Shown: positions 61,761 to 64,000 of the stretch, piece by piece
How positions within the stretch are numbered: position 1 is the first letter of the stretch
How the letters are laid out: each line of letters begins with the position of its first letter
NCBI RefSeq assembly: GCF_009914755.1
Contig: NC_060930.1
DNA: 64,000 bases
Source of the DNA: the human T2T-CHM13v2.0 reference genome, Homo sapiens
Direction: 5' to 3' (one strand)
Notes under the pieces: generated by a model
The model's database searches: none
Seen by the model: the letters and a program-made list of their open reading frames with translations, nothing else
What the model was told of the DNA's origin: nothing
Translations under genes and position numbers: made by a program

Positions 61761-64000
61761 TTTAGCAAAACTTTCATTTAAGAGTAATGTGCTTCCTTTT
61801 CCTTTTAGTAGAATCTAATTTGCAATCCTGTAGCCAGTGTCTTTATGAGTTGGGACAGATAATAATAGCCCACTGGACCTATGGTGGAGAGATTTTTTTC
61901 CCCTGACTCCTGTGTGAGCAGTGTCAATTATCCATCCATTCAATCAACAAATATTTATTCAGCAACTATTTTCTGCTACATGCAGGGGACTGTGAGCATC
62001 CAAAATTCTGACCTCTAAGGACTTAAAGCTCGGTAAAAGAGGTGAGGTTGACACACAAATTTGTGCAATAAGAGGCAGGACATTCTGAGCCCTGAGAGGA
62101 GTGCAGACAGCAGCGTGATTTGGGAGTCCTCAGATAGTACTTTAAGTATGACACCCAGGACAAAAACTTCAGCCATTCTTGCTGTGGGCAGCAAAGACAC
62201 AGGATGACACTAATCAGTTCATTTACCAAAGATGGGGTTTCTAATTTTGGCCTCCTATAACCTGCTCCCCTTCATGAGATGCCTGCCAAGGGAGTTGAGA
62301 GATGTCATTGTGCTTTCTAAGCACACTTGAACTGACTTTTGATAACCTTTACCTACCAAATCAGGCATGAAAACCACTGAACAATGGTTAAAACACTGTT
62401 TATTTTCCTTTTTTCCCCCTGGCTTTAAGGCTTCTGGCTATTTGTTCTAAACTATATACAGTACAGTATGTTTCACGAGAAGGCTGCAGAGCCGCACTCA
62501 ACCACAGCTTAGCAATTGGGCTATTCTTTTAAAGCTTATGCAAGTCCTTACTGTAAATGCGTAAATGTAAAATAGCTTGGATCAAAACGCATCGTTGTTT
62601 TGACATGAAGGTGAGCGAATGATTTGTTCCTAGGAATAGAAGCCCTCAGACAAACAGTGTTAATGGGCCTCACCACAGAGCAGTTGGTGACAATAACAGA
62701 GTTAATTTTAAAGAAGGGGAAATTAAATAGTGGTTGCAATAGTCCTAGCCACTCTTAATTATTGTGATGGCAAATTATGAACAATTGCCTGTCACTTTCC
62801 CTTCTAAAGCAATTATTGATGTTTGCCTTATGGCTGAACTGTGCTGAAAACTCTCTAAGCAGGAGGCTGTCTGATTCAATGCTTTGTGGGCTCATATTCA
62901 GAACGCCATTTGGCCTGCAAAGTTGCTGGATTATCTGTAAACACAGTGAAAGGAGACAGTGATTGCATGAAGCAGAGGGAATGCACCTGAATGCCAATAA
63001 GGCAAATGTCATGACAGGAACACAAAGCCAGCATTCCATGTGACCTTTTAGATAGAAACCAATTTAGTTTGGTACCATCTCAAACAGAAAATTATGGTGT
63101 AATTCCTCATGTCAATACATAATTTATTTTGTAATAAATAACTACCCGCATATTTATGGAGCGCCTCTCCCCTCGTGTTTATGATGCTCTCAGGCACTGT
63201 CTCTCCAGCACACACTGCCGAATCATTGCAGAGCTTTCTGTTTTTCAGGCTGTTCTCTTCACTAAAGCTTGGTGATGACTGAAGAAAACATTAGAGGATT
63301 AAAAGCCACTTTCTATCTCTGCAAAAAAACCTAAGTTGTTTATTTTCTTATTTCCAAATTACCTAACATCAGGCTGAAGGATTCATGAGATCAAGTTTAA
63401 AAAAAAGAAATCAACGAAAAGCAATATTAAGCCCTAGTCTACAGTACATTTCCTAATAAAGGAAAGCTTCTGCCTTTAAAGTAGCATTAGCATCGGGCAG
63501 TGAATCAACAAAGGAAGAGAGCTCTGTCTTTCCCCCAGTTCTCCTCCCCTTAAATGCATCTGCTTCTTTGTGGGAGGTCTGAAGACAGGGGCTGCCTCCC
63601 AAAGTCACCTCACTCTCTATCATTAGGATGCAAATAGGGCAAGTCTTGAGAAGCTCTACCTTTTCCCCTCCAGGTCAGAGCTCCGAGTCTCCCCCAACCT
63701 GGCACTGACAGGGGACTCTTCCCACTGACAGCTGGTCACCGACCTAGCTGAAAGCCGTCGGGGGTCTTCCCTGAGCCTTGAGCCACAGGTGACCTCATCA
63801 CTAACTGAGCCATCACAGTGCACAGTTAGCATTTTCAGTCCATGGCCTCTGTCAAGGACAAATGAGACCTGAGCTCTCATTGGAAGTGTGGTGGAGACAG
63901 CAGGGAGTGGGAAGAGGCCTGGGGGCACTGCGGGCACTCCCTATCACTGATTAGCCAGCATCAGATTCTTGGATAACTGAAGAGATTTGGGACCTTAGTG

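Overview
Human (hominoid) non-coding genomic DNA, AT-rich and dominated by transposable elements. A consensus-like AluYb8 at 54697 points to Homo sapiens. I recognise no host protein-coding gene, rRNA, tRNA gene or CRISPR array, and I cannot place the locus. The only real long ORF is an uninterrupted 1275-aa LINE-1 ORF2 (43925-47752) in an L1PA2-type insertion (42910-48067, 19-bp TSD). This element has lost almost all of its 5'UTR promoter, has a frameshifted ORF1, carries N14S in the endonuclease active site, and ends in an apparent short 3' transduction. About 4.8 kb upstream, on the same strand, is an LTR12C promoter-type LTR. It is the innermost layer of an L1M > MLT2 > MER51-like > LTR12C nest. 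Other content: about 15 Alus, several solo LTRs, a twin-primed inverted L1, a 34-nt tailless U2 snRNA copy, DNA transposon relics, a higher-order GGAA VNTR, (TA)n-centred palindromes, and a few unique motif-rich stretches that may be enhancers or lncRNA exons. Subfamily names and consensus comparisons come from memory of the consensus sequences and need RepeatMasker/Dfam confirmation.
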